DNA of 64,000 nucleotides from Lingula anatina (lineage: Eukaryota; Animalia; Brachiopoda), in contig CM120640.1 in NCBI GenBank assembly GCA_051362555.1, positions 51,934,788-51,998,787 on the forward strand, in the 5' to 3' direction. The translations under genes and the position numbers were made by a program. A model generated the notes under the pieces. That model saw only the letters and a list, made by a program, of their open reading frames with translations, was not told the DNA's origin and did not search any database. Numbering within the stretch: the stretch's first letter is position 1; every line of letters begins with the position of its first letter. Of the stretch, positions 52,722-64,000 are shown piece after piece.

Positions 52722-55700
52722 AAATAGTCAATCTCTCAAAGTATACCACTCAATGTACTACTTATTCCCAAAACAACAGACAGAAAGCAGAAAATATACG
52801 GAAAATATTTGTTTTCTTATTTTGTGCAGTAGAATAATTCTGAAGTACGATTCTCACAAAAGGTCATCTGGAGATTCTTTTATTTGTTGATATATTGCAT
52901 ATTTCATTTTTCTGACATACAAATCAATAAGCATGGCTAGTAAATAAGATTATCTTTCTTTGCAGTTTAGACTGTCTTTAAAATATGTCCAAAAATGGAG
53001 TTATACACATTATAAGACATCATAGCCACATTCATTTTCATAATTCAAAAAGTTATCTAAACATAAGGCCCTGTCTCTTTTAAGGAAGCGTTCTTGATTC
53101 ATTTATGCTGCAACTATACTGCATCCTAATTGCAGAACATCTTTGTAATGTAAAGTGCCCTTGGGTGATGTACTGAGTCCTTGTTCTATTTGTCTGTTTC
53201 TGAAGTGTCAGAGAATTTTTCCTGGAAATCCAACAACAGCTATTTTACGTACATCAGTTTATTTCATTTCAAAGAAATGTGGTTGTTTTGCATGATGGAT
53301 CAGAGAGGCATTCAATACAAAAAAACATGTTACACATAATATCTCTTTTGAATTCTCTATGTGTAAATGGATTTAACCTTCTCAGCTTAAAACATACTTA
53401 TATACTGGCAATATACCACAAAAAATAACAGATATTTAGGATGCAAGAAATGGATTGCATAATAAAGTTTCAGTAGCCCCATTAACTCTTACAATGTTGC
53501 AAAAATTAAAGATGTGCATAATAGACCTTTTTATGGCAAAATTAATGTTGTAAGTCTCCATGCATTTGAAAAGCCCCAGGTCATATTTATATCCTGCAAA
53601 GCTTCTTATATTTCCCAATTCAAATATAAAAGATAAAAAAGTTTAAATACTCATTTATCTGAAGCATACCTAGTGTCCTTATAAATTTCTCAGTCTTCAT
53701 GGCAGCTTGCGATGTCTGTATTATACATATTACAGGGCCATGATTCAAAATACCAGGCCATCTCCTTTTGTGAAAGTAGGCCATAAATGTGGAAGGCTAT
53801 GTTGTTCTAAATGACTGACCAATCATTTAGGACTAAATAATAAATTAAAATTGTAATAGGGCATCGAATCCAAGACCCCTTTCCCACTGCCATCATTGGT
53901 CTTTATAGATCATTCCCATTGCAGTGACTCACCAAGTCAGTCAGGGCTCTGTAACTCCAAAGCGTCGTGAATCGCGAGAATAGCCGTTCATTTTGAGGTG
54001 GGTAAATGCCGAGTTATGGAATAGAAATGCTTGCACTCGGTCGCAATTCGAGCTGCTTTCCAGTTACAGAGCCCAGCTTAACTGAATGACATGCCTCCTC
54101 TTGTTTCCAACATACATCCTTAATCACCATCCTTTCTGCATGCTGCTTAACACCTGAAAGAGGCTTGTTAAACTGATTGCATTCAGTGAGAGTCCCCACT
54201 GAGTTGGTTGGATCTACATATATCAGTGGTATGGATGGAAAGGGGCCCCAAGTGTAGGAACAGGTTGATGAATGACTTGCGATTAAGAAAATATTGCCCT
54301 TTTCCTCAGAAAAATTAATACTGTGCTTAGAAAAACCCAGAGAATGGCAAGAGACCAGAAAAGAAGCATTAATTATCCCATGTTAAAAATTATGCCACCA
54401 GCTATAAGTTCGAAGTGTCTCCCTGATGTTGAGTATGATACAGAAAAGCTGGTGATTATATGAGTACGTTGGAAACAAGAGGAGGTGTGTTAATGTGTTA
54501 ATCTGATTGCATTCAGCAAGAGTCCCTGCAGAGTTGGATCAAACTGCATAGAACAATAGTTTCATTGGGAATGAGCCCTAAGTCCTGTGAGTGGGAAGAG
54601 TTTTATTTCTGTGATACGTACACTAGATTGTCTTTTACTTCACAATATATATGAAGAATGATGCTAGAAGAATGATACTAGACTAAGAATAGAGAATCTT
54701 CAAAAATGATATTTCAAAGATATGATTCAATTTATAGAGCTTTCTTTTTTCTCTCTTTGGTTTTGAAAAATGAAACTGGAAACCAAACACTAGACAACTT
54801 TTGCGCCCCCATTATCTCAGAGTGCTAAGATAAAATATGCTAGCGTGACAGTGCAGCTCTTAATTGATTTTCCAGTTATCTTAATGAAACCCTTGCAATG
54901 GTGAGATGATGCTGTTTTGCGTCCCAAGCCAGCTGTACCGATTGTTATCTCACACCTTGGGCTGCACATGTAATGCTTGAGTAAAAGGAAGATTATTTCT
55001 TGTGCCGCAATTACTGACACTTACCTTTTATTCAATATGATAACTGACACAGAAATCATGAGGAAAGGTAACACAGGGCCTAGTGATGAACAGACAACTT
55101 CCAGTCAAAAAAGACAGAATTTCATAAATTTTGAACAGCTGGAAGTTCTGAGCTCTTCCCATTTCATAAATTTTGACTACAACGACCTTTTCCTTATTTT
55201 AATTATTTTCTTTTGTATGAAATTCATGGCACTTTACTGTATATTGCTAATTAAAAATATTAAATTGTCTTTATAAAGTTAATTTATTTTGCAAAGTTGT
55301 GGTAAAGTGCTTTTGTGCCTATTATATATGCTACATTATTGACTTTTCTTTTGGTTTAAATGCTTTAGAAGTTTATTTAAATTGTCTTTCCCATAGTGAA
55401 CTATAAAAACCAGAAAAATATTTTTTCAAAGCTGCATATAAAAATTCGAAATGATTGGACTCCTTGACTAAACAGTATTGAAAACTTTTTTCAGCACGTT
55501 AAATTGCAATAGAAATAAAGAAATTTCCACAAGACATACTAGGGGAACAGAGGATTGGGAACATACTAATTTGTAATGGCCCTATTGCCTGCTTCAGGTT
55601 CAGAAGACCTCCATTGGCATATATCTTCTGATTTTCCTTGGAGAAGGTTTTCTTTATTTCCCTGTTTATCTTGAAGCAGCTTTAATTGTGCTTGAGATAT

Positions 55701-58700
55701 TGATCAATTTCCAACTGTAATGGTGCATTGCAAATATGTCTTGTGCTTCACAAATATTAAGGGAAATGAAAGAGAAGAAATTTATAAATGTCAAAATGCA
55801 AGGAGTTTGCATCAGTCACTTCAAGTAACCCTTTGGCAGGGAAATTTATGACAGTATCATATTCAGTTGACTTCTTTTGTTGTGTGAAATGAAATAACTT
55901 GGTTAGCACTATCATTACTCATTTGATTACTGGTAAGTGTCTTCTTGGAGGTATTAATCTTGAAATAAGATAATGTATGCACGGTGAAAATAATTCTATA
56001 TTTATGAGATGGAAAAATGGTACAGGTGAACTTCAGCTTTGAAAAGTTTTGTAGCATCATTTGGAATAAGCCTGTGATTTGCATTTAAAAGCCTCAAAAA
56101 TATTTCCTCTTTCTGTAAGTTTTTAAATGTATGCTGACATGCCTATTTTTCTTAGCATTTTATGTACGAAAATGGTAATTTTGCTATTCTGACCAGGCTA
56201 GAGCTTAAGTGACAGAGAAGTGATGTTAGTTGCAGTGGTCACTCAAACAAGTCAAAGCTTGGACTAGATGAAATATGGCTGTCAACTCACAGATATCTGT
56301 TTTCATGGATTTACTTTATTATTTGAAAAAATAAAACAAAAACAAATAGCCTCACAACAATTTAAACTAATGGGTTTCTATGAACTACCATCCAAACAAG
56401 CAATGCGCTTTATTGACAAGCTCCGGCACATACAAAATGTAATAAATGGATAGGTAAGGGGATTAATAATTAGTGGATTGTAGCATGGTGCTCGTGCGTG
56501 CTATTTCTACATGCGTGCCATGAAACTGTGTTTCGGTCATTAATTTTGGCATTCATGCTCACTAATCTGAGGCCTAAGTTCCCAAACTGCTAATCAGTTT
56601 ATAAGGCCTGTTGCTATCTATTTTATTTTGTAGCAATGATATGAATCGGGTAGTGTTATGCAGCTGGAGGTTCTTTTAGATATAGAAGATGAGACACCTT
56701 TTACATTAGAAGCTGCAGGTGTCTAACAACTCGGACAAGTCACAGTTCTTTTCCTGATTTTAAGCCAGATGGATTAGCATAAGCATATCATGCATTTGTC
56801 CAATTGAATTCCTTTTAATTAACTGTCGAGATTAACACAGTTGACTGATGTTAGTACGACTCCGGTCTTTCTTTTCCAGGATAAAGGAATGAAGCTCCAA
56901 GAACCAAAGAGACGTAACAGGAGTGTGCGGCAACAAGGAGAACTCACATGTTGTGTTTGCAGGGACCGTGCATTTGGCTACAACTTTGGTGCCATTACAT
57001 GTGAATCTTGTAAAGCTTTCTTTCGGAGGAATGCTCAAAAGAGTAGGGTAAGGATCTCCCCGAAGTTCTCTTATGAAAAATGACTCATACCATACAGCAT
57101 CTGTCCCATGCCTCACCATTTTTGTCTTGCATTTTTATTGTATTTAGAATTAGGCTGCATTTCTTTTATTCTAATATTCTAAAACTGGAATTAATGAAAT
57201 GAAAGATATGAAATAATACCAGTATTTAAGTGTGTCAAAATCACAGTTGAGTTTACAGCATTGTGTTTGGTGATATCATGATAGATAATGAATCATTCAC
57301 GTTTCACTTAAAATTTTCTTGCAAAAGGAATTAACTGTGACATGCCAAGCCCAGCAAGGTTTCCCAGCCAGTTGCCTAAGAAAATGATTGCTGAATCAAT
57401 CAAAATTTGTGGAATTAGAATAAAAGATTATAATTAAAGATAATTATAGATAGTTAAAGATAATCATAGTGATATTAAGAAAATAATAATAAAAAGGAAT
57501 AGTATTATTTTGTTATACTTTTATGATGTATTTAAAGTGGAAAGTGGAAAAGAACTCATGAAAAGAGTACATGACACACTTCCTCGTCACACTGTATTGC
57601 TACTCACCACCTGCTTTTGGGTGTAGTTTGTTACTGCTATCCTGGGGAAATTCCCGATATACAGGAAGAGTAGTTATACCCTGACTTATCATATCAACTT
57701 TGTTTTTTTTTTTTTTTTCAGCCCCTGAAGTGCAATTTTGACAGCAACTGTACTCTAGATAAGTTCTCAAGGAAGTTTTGTACAAAATGCCGCTTGGATA
57801 AATGTCTGGAAATGGGCATGAAGAAAGATTGGATATTAAGTATGTTATTTCATCTCTGCTGTTACAGAAAGTTGATGGACTTTATGGCACTATTTTTCAT
57901 AAAGTTACATCATAAGAATAAATTTATATCAGAATGAAACTTTAAGGGTTTTTTTTAAGGATTTTCACTGAAGGTAGTTGTTTCTTAGCAGTTTTTCATT
58001 GAGAAAGGGAATAATGCTTATGAATATAAACTAAAATTATGGTGGACTTTTTTCATTGATCCAGATGAAGAACAGCTGAAGAAAAGGAAAAAAATAGCAC
58101 CTAGGAAACGAAAAAGTTTAGAGTCGTGTGACCTTAGTGTTGAAGTGAAACCAGAACCTACAGATCTTTACAGCCAAGCCTCTACCAGCTCTGGGTGTAC
58201 CCCCATTGCAAGTTCCCAGGAGTATTTCTCCTCGGACAACAGCAATTCTTCTTCAGATGTTTTCAAACCAGATACTATTTCAGCAGACAAACCAATACCT
58301 CTAAGCCAAACAAACCTGAAACTATTAAAAGAACTGGAGGATAATTATAACAGGGTCCTCAATTCACCCTATTCTGAATCTGTAGCCAGCCGTCTCACTG
58401 AAACCCCTTCCTCCCATGGACATTTGTACAACATGGCTGACACATTTATAAGGCGGCTCATAAAATTCTGTAAAACCATCCCTTACTTTCGAAGTCTTTG
58501 CCAGGAAGACCAGATAGCTCTTTTGAAGGTAAGCAAGGCTTTCAACAGGAAGGACTACTTGACATTTGTTACATGTACAGAGAAATCTTATTAGAAAGGG
58601 GCAATATATGGCATGCAGCTGGATATTTGAAAGTATCTCAGCTAAAAAGAATTTTAACCACAAGCTGGTACAATCATTTCTTTTGGGCAAGTTTTAATAT

Positions 58701-59257
58701 TTTTTAAAGTAAACTGATCCATAATATACAAAAGGATTTATAATATAAGAAGTGTTCTGCCTATGAATGACCATATCTTTGATTTTACATTTTAGGGAGG
58801 CATAATGTGTATACTGATGCTACGTGGTGCCATGATGTTCAACCCAGGAATCTCTGCTTTTACCTTTTCCAGACAAAATGAAACTGCTCAAAGTACACTG
58901 AAGGTTCCCTCCTTACTAAGCTCCAATGAGACAGATTTCTTTTGTCAGTTCCATAGGTTGGCGAAAAATGACCTTAAGACAATGCTATGTCTTCTTCTAA
59001 TAGAGATTTTCTCACCTGACCGTCCTGGTTTAGGGAACCTGGAGATTGTCAGCACTGCTCAAGAAACATTTGCAGAACTTCTGCATAGGTACTTGGAGTC
59101 AATATATCCATTGTCTGAAGCAAGGAAAATTTTTCCCAAGCTCATTATGAAGTTAGTTCATTTGAGAGAGAGAGCCGAAGAAGCCAGCAAGAAAGCCTCA
59201 GAGGCAGACATTCACAGCATGGAACCTCTGATGGTGGAGATATTTAGTCTTCAGTAA
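50195..59257 (+). CDS. HR96: Nuclear hormone receptor HR96-like (NR1J; VDR/PXR/CAR-related group)
   Basis: Exons: 50195-50260 (MDGED..SQS), 56880-57047 (zinc finger 1, [21 protein letters not shown]-box ESCKA), 57722-57839 (zinc finger 2, [17 protein letters not shown]), 58065-58528 (hinge and LBD signature [21 protein letters not shown]), 58796-59257 (FSPDRPGL; AF-2 [11 protein letters not shown]). All phases match. Confidence 0.9.
50744..51044. mobile_element. PIF/Harbinger-like MITE
   Basis: Long TIR GGGAGCATTCACATCGAGAAGAGCCGAG... and a 3-bp TSD ATA (50741-43, 51045-47). Confidence 0.8.
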
Positions 59258-62200
59258 CTTTCATAGAAGTAATATGTTCATAGTGCCATAAACTTATTAA
59301 TTAACAGTTCTTGCCCATATTGAATATACTTGACATGTTAACTGTTTATGAGTGTTTTTGTCATTAAATGACCAATTGTGTTCAGAAGAAATGCCAGAGC
59401 TCATTTAACCATTTTTAATTAGCCAGGTAGAGGCAATGCCAGTTTTAACCCTTTTTTTTTCAAAATGAAAACCCAAACCAAGTAGAGAGTACCTGTATAA
59501 ACAGGTTATGAACAGGTTTCATTCTTTTAATGTTACAGTATGCAATATGTTTGGTGATAAACTTAAGGTATATAGCCATGTTGTAAAAGTTACCACATGA
59601 AATACTGAACTCAAAATATTTATGGTATTATAAAAAGGTGTCATGTGTGAACTGGCCTTGAGTGAGAAGGTGAGGCGAGTTACATTGTTTATGTCTTTCA
59701 AAGTTGATAATTTGAGGTCACTGGATAATGTTTGTTGAAAGCTTGTAAAGACCATATAAGAGGATACAGAAATTCAAAGCTTTAGTGATTGCTAGGATGG
59801 TTTTGAGATGATCATGTAAGACTGATCACCAAATTAACATTACATCGAGTAAACTTCTTGCCATGCAGTAGCTCTCTATGGTTTGTTTAATGTCTTACTT
59901 TTTCAAAAATACATTGTATACCAAATGAGAGGCAGGTGCAGGAATCTTTTGTAGAAATACATTACAAGTACCTAATTTTTGGGTGGAGGGTAAATGGTGC
60001 CATTTTTATTGGGAAAAAAGATGGTGTTGCCAAAATAGGTTCCAGAAAAGCAATGATATAGATATTTGTATTAATAATTGCTCGTTAACATTGATATTAA
60101 AATCAAATGTGTGTCAAACTACTGGAAGGATGCACTATATATACTTGTTATATTTTGTGTGGGGGAGAGGTAACTTTGGTCACTTATGTGTGTTTTAAAG
60201 ACATTGGTAGGTTAAAGAGGCTTATTTCCTGTGAAAAAAAATTGTCCAAATGTTTGTTTACATTATCATATCTGATAATTGTTGTCATTTTATTAGGCGA
60301 TTTTTAGGGTAATATGTCTAGTTTGCTTTTACTATAGCATTTAGAATTGAACAAATTAGGTTACTTTTGAATTTTAAGGACTTGTGACTGCTTGGAGAAC
60401 AAATGTTTGGTCTATTCTCACCATTGGTCACAGGGAATCCAAGTGATCTCTCTTCTTGGTCTCTTCATCACCTTCATCTGTTGCTTAGGGGTTTTGTGAG
60501 TGTATGGAACAGTTCAAAACACTTGTAACAGCCTTGCAACTAGTGATCAATAGGGTTTGATTATAATGTGGTGTATTAAGGTCACACAAGCCTCAAGTCT
60601 TGCTCCAATGGGTCTCATGCAGCAGCTTCTGGTTAAGTATCTTTTGAGAAATGTTCCACTTACCAGCATTATGGACAGCCAACTATTTGGTATAAAGGGA
60701 CAAAGTGGGGGCCATAGCAGAGGTCAACTCGAACATGTGAAAGATAAAAAAAATTGTGATCCCTGCAGTGATGGAAAGGTACTAAAACAGCCTAGTGTAC
60801 ATGGGACATGACGCCTTGTAAATCACTGTGAAAAAAAGCTTAGTTGCTGTGCACAAAAAGAGATAGGCTTGCAACAATTAATTTAAATGTTGATTAGAAA
60901 AAAACACTATATTAGAAAGAACCACAGAAGAAGTCCACAGCAGGATTGAAGGCAGTGTCCACTATGTGTGCTTTTATTATATGAGATATTGGACTTCAGG
61001 AAAGGCTTGGAAAAAGGATTTTTTTTTTTTGGTTTGCACCTAATATGTCAAAATATTTCATTTTTCATATTGATACAACTGAGTTATTGTATAAATGTAC
61101 TCAGCATATAAAATTGGCAAATAGAATCATATATGAACATCTTTCTTGAATTTGAACAGGGTATACACATACATATGATTTAAAACTTTTCCATTTTAAG
61201 AGTTTATCCAGTAGTGCACAGAAAAAAAACTGAAAGATTGGGATTAAATAATTTTTGTGAGATGGTGTGACTATGTTAAATATTTTTATCATTAAGTGTT
61301 ATTTTGAAAAAACGCATGTACATAGGATTGCCTGTGTTTATTCGTGTACAGCACACTTGCTCAAGACTATATTGTCATAACAATTGTTATATTACCTCAA
61401 GTAATACTGGTTGGATGATTTAAAGTTGTGTATGTCCATAGTTTATTTTTTCAATTTATTAGAAATTTAGGAAAGCTTAACTGTGAAAGGTACTGCACTG
61501 GCTTGCCTATCATTAAATGTATGCTGTTAATACAGAGCACTGAATTTTAAAAATAATTTATTAAATATACAGCTGTAAATTGTACACTTACAGTTGCAAT
61601 GAATTTTCAGCAATCAGGTAATTATGTATGGTCTGCTAAAACACATATGTTGATATTGAAAACATGGTGTCTGAACTGTTTTTGATAAGTAAAGTGTAGA
61701 ATGAAGATGTAGGTCATATTATGTCACTGATTTTTCAAGAGAATCAGGTTGGCTTACAAATAACTTTTCATGGCCATTGGATTGCAGAAAAAGAAAAAAA
61801 AACCCTTCTCGCCATTTTTATTGCTAATTTTGTTCAAAATTTAGATCCCCCCCCCTTTAACTGAACAAAAGCTAGTTTGAACCCATAATTTTATATCATA
61901 GTATAGCTGCCCCAGTTTCAAGAAAAAAGTCTATTATAATACTACATAGCCCTATGGCATGAACATGGGAACATTTTATTGTAAAATTTTATATTACTAA
62001 ATGACATTAGTCCGGCAGAGTAGGGGAAAATTTTTATTTTAAATTTGTTTGCTTTTATATACTGTAGATTTGTATTTAGCTGATAAATGTTTGGGGTATT
62101 TTTGGCAGACAGATTTGTGGAAAGAAAGCTATTTTTCCAGTAGTCTCTGATTTTTTGCAGTTTTGAAGTTTCCAGTTCAATGAAACCCATTTTTGGTCAG

Positions 62201-63069
62201 CAACTTGTTTATTAGATCTTGGTTGAAGTTACTTAGAATGTTTTGTATGTGTTAAAAAACAGTCTCAAGAAACTTAGAAATGATAAAAGATTTTACTCAA
62301 GATGATTAGCTATTGATTGCCAATGCTAAAAAGATGACTTTGTGGAATATCTTCATGTGTAATTTTCAGGAACCAGCATTTTCAGGAGTTGAGAAGTTCA
62401 TTTCAATCTCAGGCTGTAATGAAGTTAATATTTTCTTTGTTTCTCTTTACATTTTAAACTTTTTGTGTGCTATCATCTTCCATATGAAGTTATTTTTTCC
62501 ATGAGGTTAGCTACATTCTTTAATTTATTTGTGGTAGTATTTTTTATTGCATCAAATTTAATTAAACTCTTTTTATTAGCTTTATGTGTGTGCATAAGCA
62601 GGTTACAGAGAATCATTACTGATGAAAGTTTTAAAACAGTGTGTTCTTGTTTAGTTTGAATTAAGAGCTGTTTTTATATACATGTATTTTGGTTTAAAGT
62701 ACTAGTGAAATTTATTAGAAAATTGTGCATGGCAGCAGCGGATAATTTTCCAAAAGTTATTGTTTATTTTGTGATATTTGAAGTTATTTATTATCATTCT
62801 ACCCATATTTCTGTTTTGGAAATAACGAATTTGGTCTTTATTGTTAAATTAAGGGAGTAGATCTACTTTCTAAATGTGGGTTACATACTGGAAGTTACTC
62901 TCTTGGTTAGATGCATATGGCTATACAGAGAAAAACTTCAGTTGTTCTGGAATTTTTAGATCAAATGTATTCAAATTATTTGAGCACATGTTTTGATGAC
63001 TAACCATTTGTTTGCACTGAATTAAATAGGTTAGCCTGTTTAATTGAGTACATTTAATGTTTTAGGTAA

Positions 63070-63388
63070 CCTAAGGCCATTCCTGTTGCTGAAATTTTCA
63101 TGAAAACAATTTTTTTAACTCGCTAACCAACCACCTCTGGTAGACATCAGTTAAACTGTTTCTTAGGACTTGCTCATTACCAGTGAAACTGTCATTCTAC
63201 GTAGATCTTGCTGATTGCAATCAGATAGACATGCTTCCTTGTGGAGCAGAATACAGAAAAGCTGGTGATTTTACAAGGTGGAAATGAGGTTTGCTTATCT
63301 GTTAATCTGTCATTGCATTCAGCAAGAGTCCCCATAGAATTAGATCAATCTATGTAAAACGATAGCTTCATTGGGAGTGGGCCTTTAA
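63070..63388. mobile_element. Old inverted-repeat MITE; partial relatives at ~54075-54255 and ~54425-54585
   Basis: Internal IR CTTGCTGATTGCAATCAGAT / ATCTG..ATTGCATTCAGCAAG. TAAGGCC.../...GGCCTTTAA termini are Kolobok-like. Shares sequence with the two 54-kb fragments. Confidence 0.45.
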
Positions 63389-63535
63389 TAATAACTTTGG
63401 TGAGTGTGATATATATGAAGATTAGGTTTCCAAGCATTATGTAATAAAATGAGTTAAAGTGAAATGTATTTTCATATACAGACACTTAAAATGTATATTC
63501 TGATCACTGTCTGTCCTTGTCATCAGTGTTCACTC

Positions 63536-63731
63536 CAGGCCTACCCAACTACTAGACGCTGCACCGAATGATCCAGAATTCACAGTAGATCAGATCACGC
63601 TACTGGTTTTCAAGGTGTGTATCATTACAGACTTGAAGTAACAGAAGTGGCACCCTCTTGCCTGGTACACAATGTGATAGCAATGATTCTGCGCAGGGTT
63701 GGAAAGTAGTGCATTTCATCAAAATACATGC
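63536..63731 (+). mobile_element. Truncated copy of the 34186-34501 MITE
   Basis: Colinear similarity CAGGCCTACCCAACTAC...GATAGCAATGATTCT...CAGGGTTGGAAAG. The right TIR is missing. Confidence 0.7.
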
Positions 63732-64000
63732 GCTGCTGCTATTTTCCCTGTTTTATGTAATAAATTGAACAATACCGTGATTTTTTAACATTAAGTTCAG
63801 GTTTGAACATAGCCAATGATGTTATGTAAATAAATAGGAGCAATCTTTTAATATTAATTTAGTATCGTAGATCTAATTCTGTCAGCAGAAGCATATCCTC
63901 TTTTTAAGAGAGTTAAATAAAGTTTTCATGGCTACAGGGATGGATGTGTTTGACGGGGCAAGTATATATGATGACAAAATTTGCCCTGGGGTATGATACT

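Noticed and set aside
54075-54585. Apparent micro-inversion between two neighbouring repeat copies
   Set aside because: The fuller copy at 63070-63388 has inverted arms, so opposite orientation of a symmetric MITE explains it.
60557-60920. Possible LINE fragment (QLFG...SRG motif)
   Set aside because: Similarity to RTE C-termini is too weak to call without a search.

Overview
AT-rich, intron-containing animal genomic DNA. The repeat types suggest a lophotrochozoan or mollusc, which is an inference. Three spliced protein-coding genes can be rebuilt exon by exon with consistent GT-AG phases. (1) TTF2/lodestar SNF2-family ATPase on the minus strand, ~18.9-20.6 kb down to 5.6 kb, with the C-terminal helicase exons apparently beyond the left edge. 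(2) Head-to-head with it, a glycerophosphocholine acyltransferase (GPC1/GPCAT, DUF2838) at 21.6-29.0 kb. (3) An HR96/NR1J-like nuclear receptor at 50.2-59.3 kb, with a possible alternative first exon at 32.1 kb. The rest is mostly non-autonomous transposons: a 3.9-kb P-element-like unit (31-bp TIRs, 7-bp TSD) with two inward-facing putative transcription units and no transposase; several Helentron/HINE-type elements, one carrying ~24 copies of a 146-bp repeat rich in AGGTCA nuclear-receptor half-sites with 4-/5-mer higher-order structure; CAGG-ended MITEs with 5-6-bp TSDs; Harbinger-like and Helitron-like MITEs; a THAP remnant; and a LINE fragment. No CRISPR array, rRNA or convincing tRNA gene was seen. 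All coordinates were read by eye.
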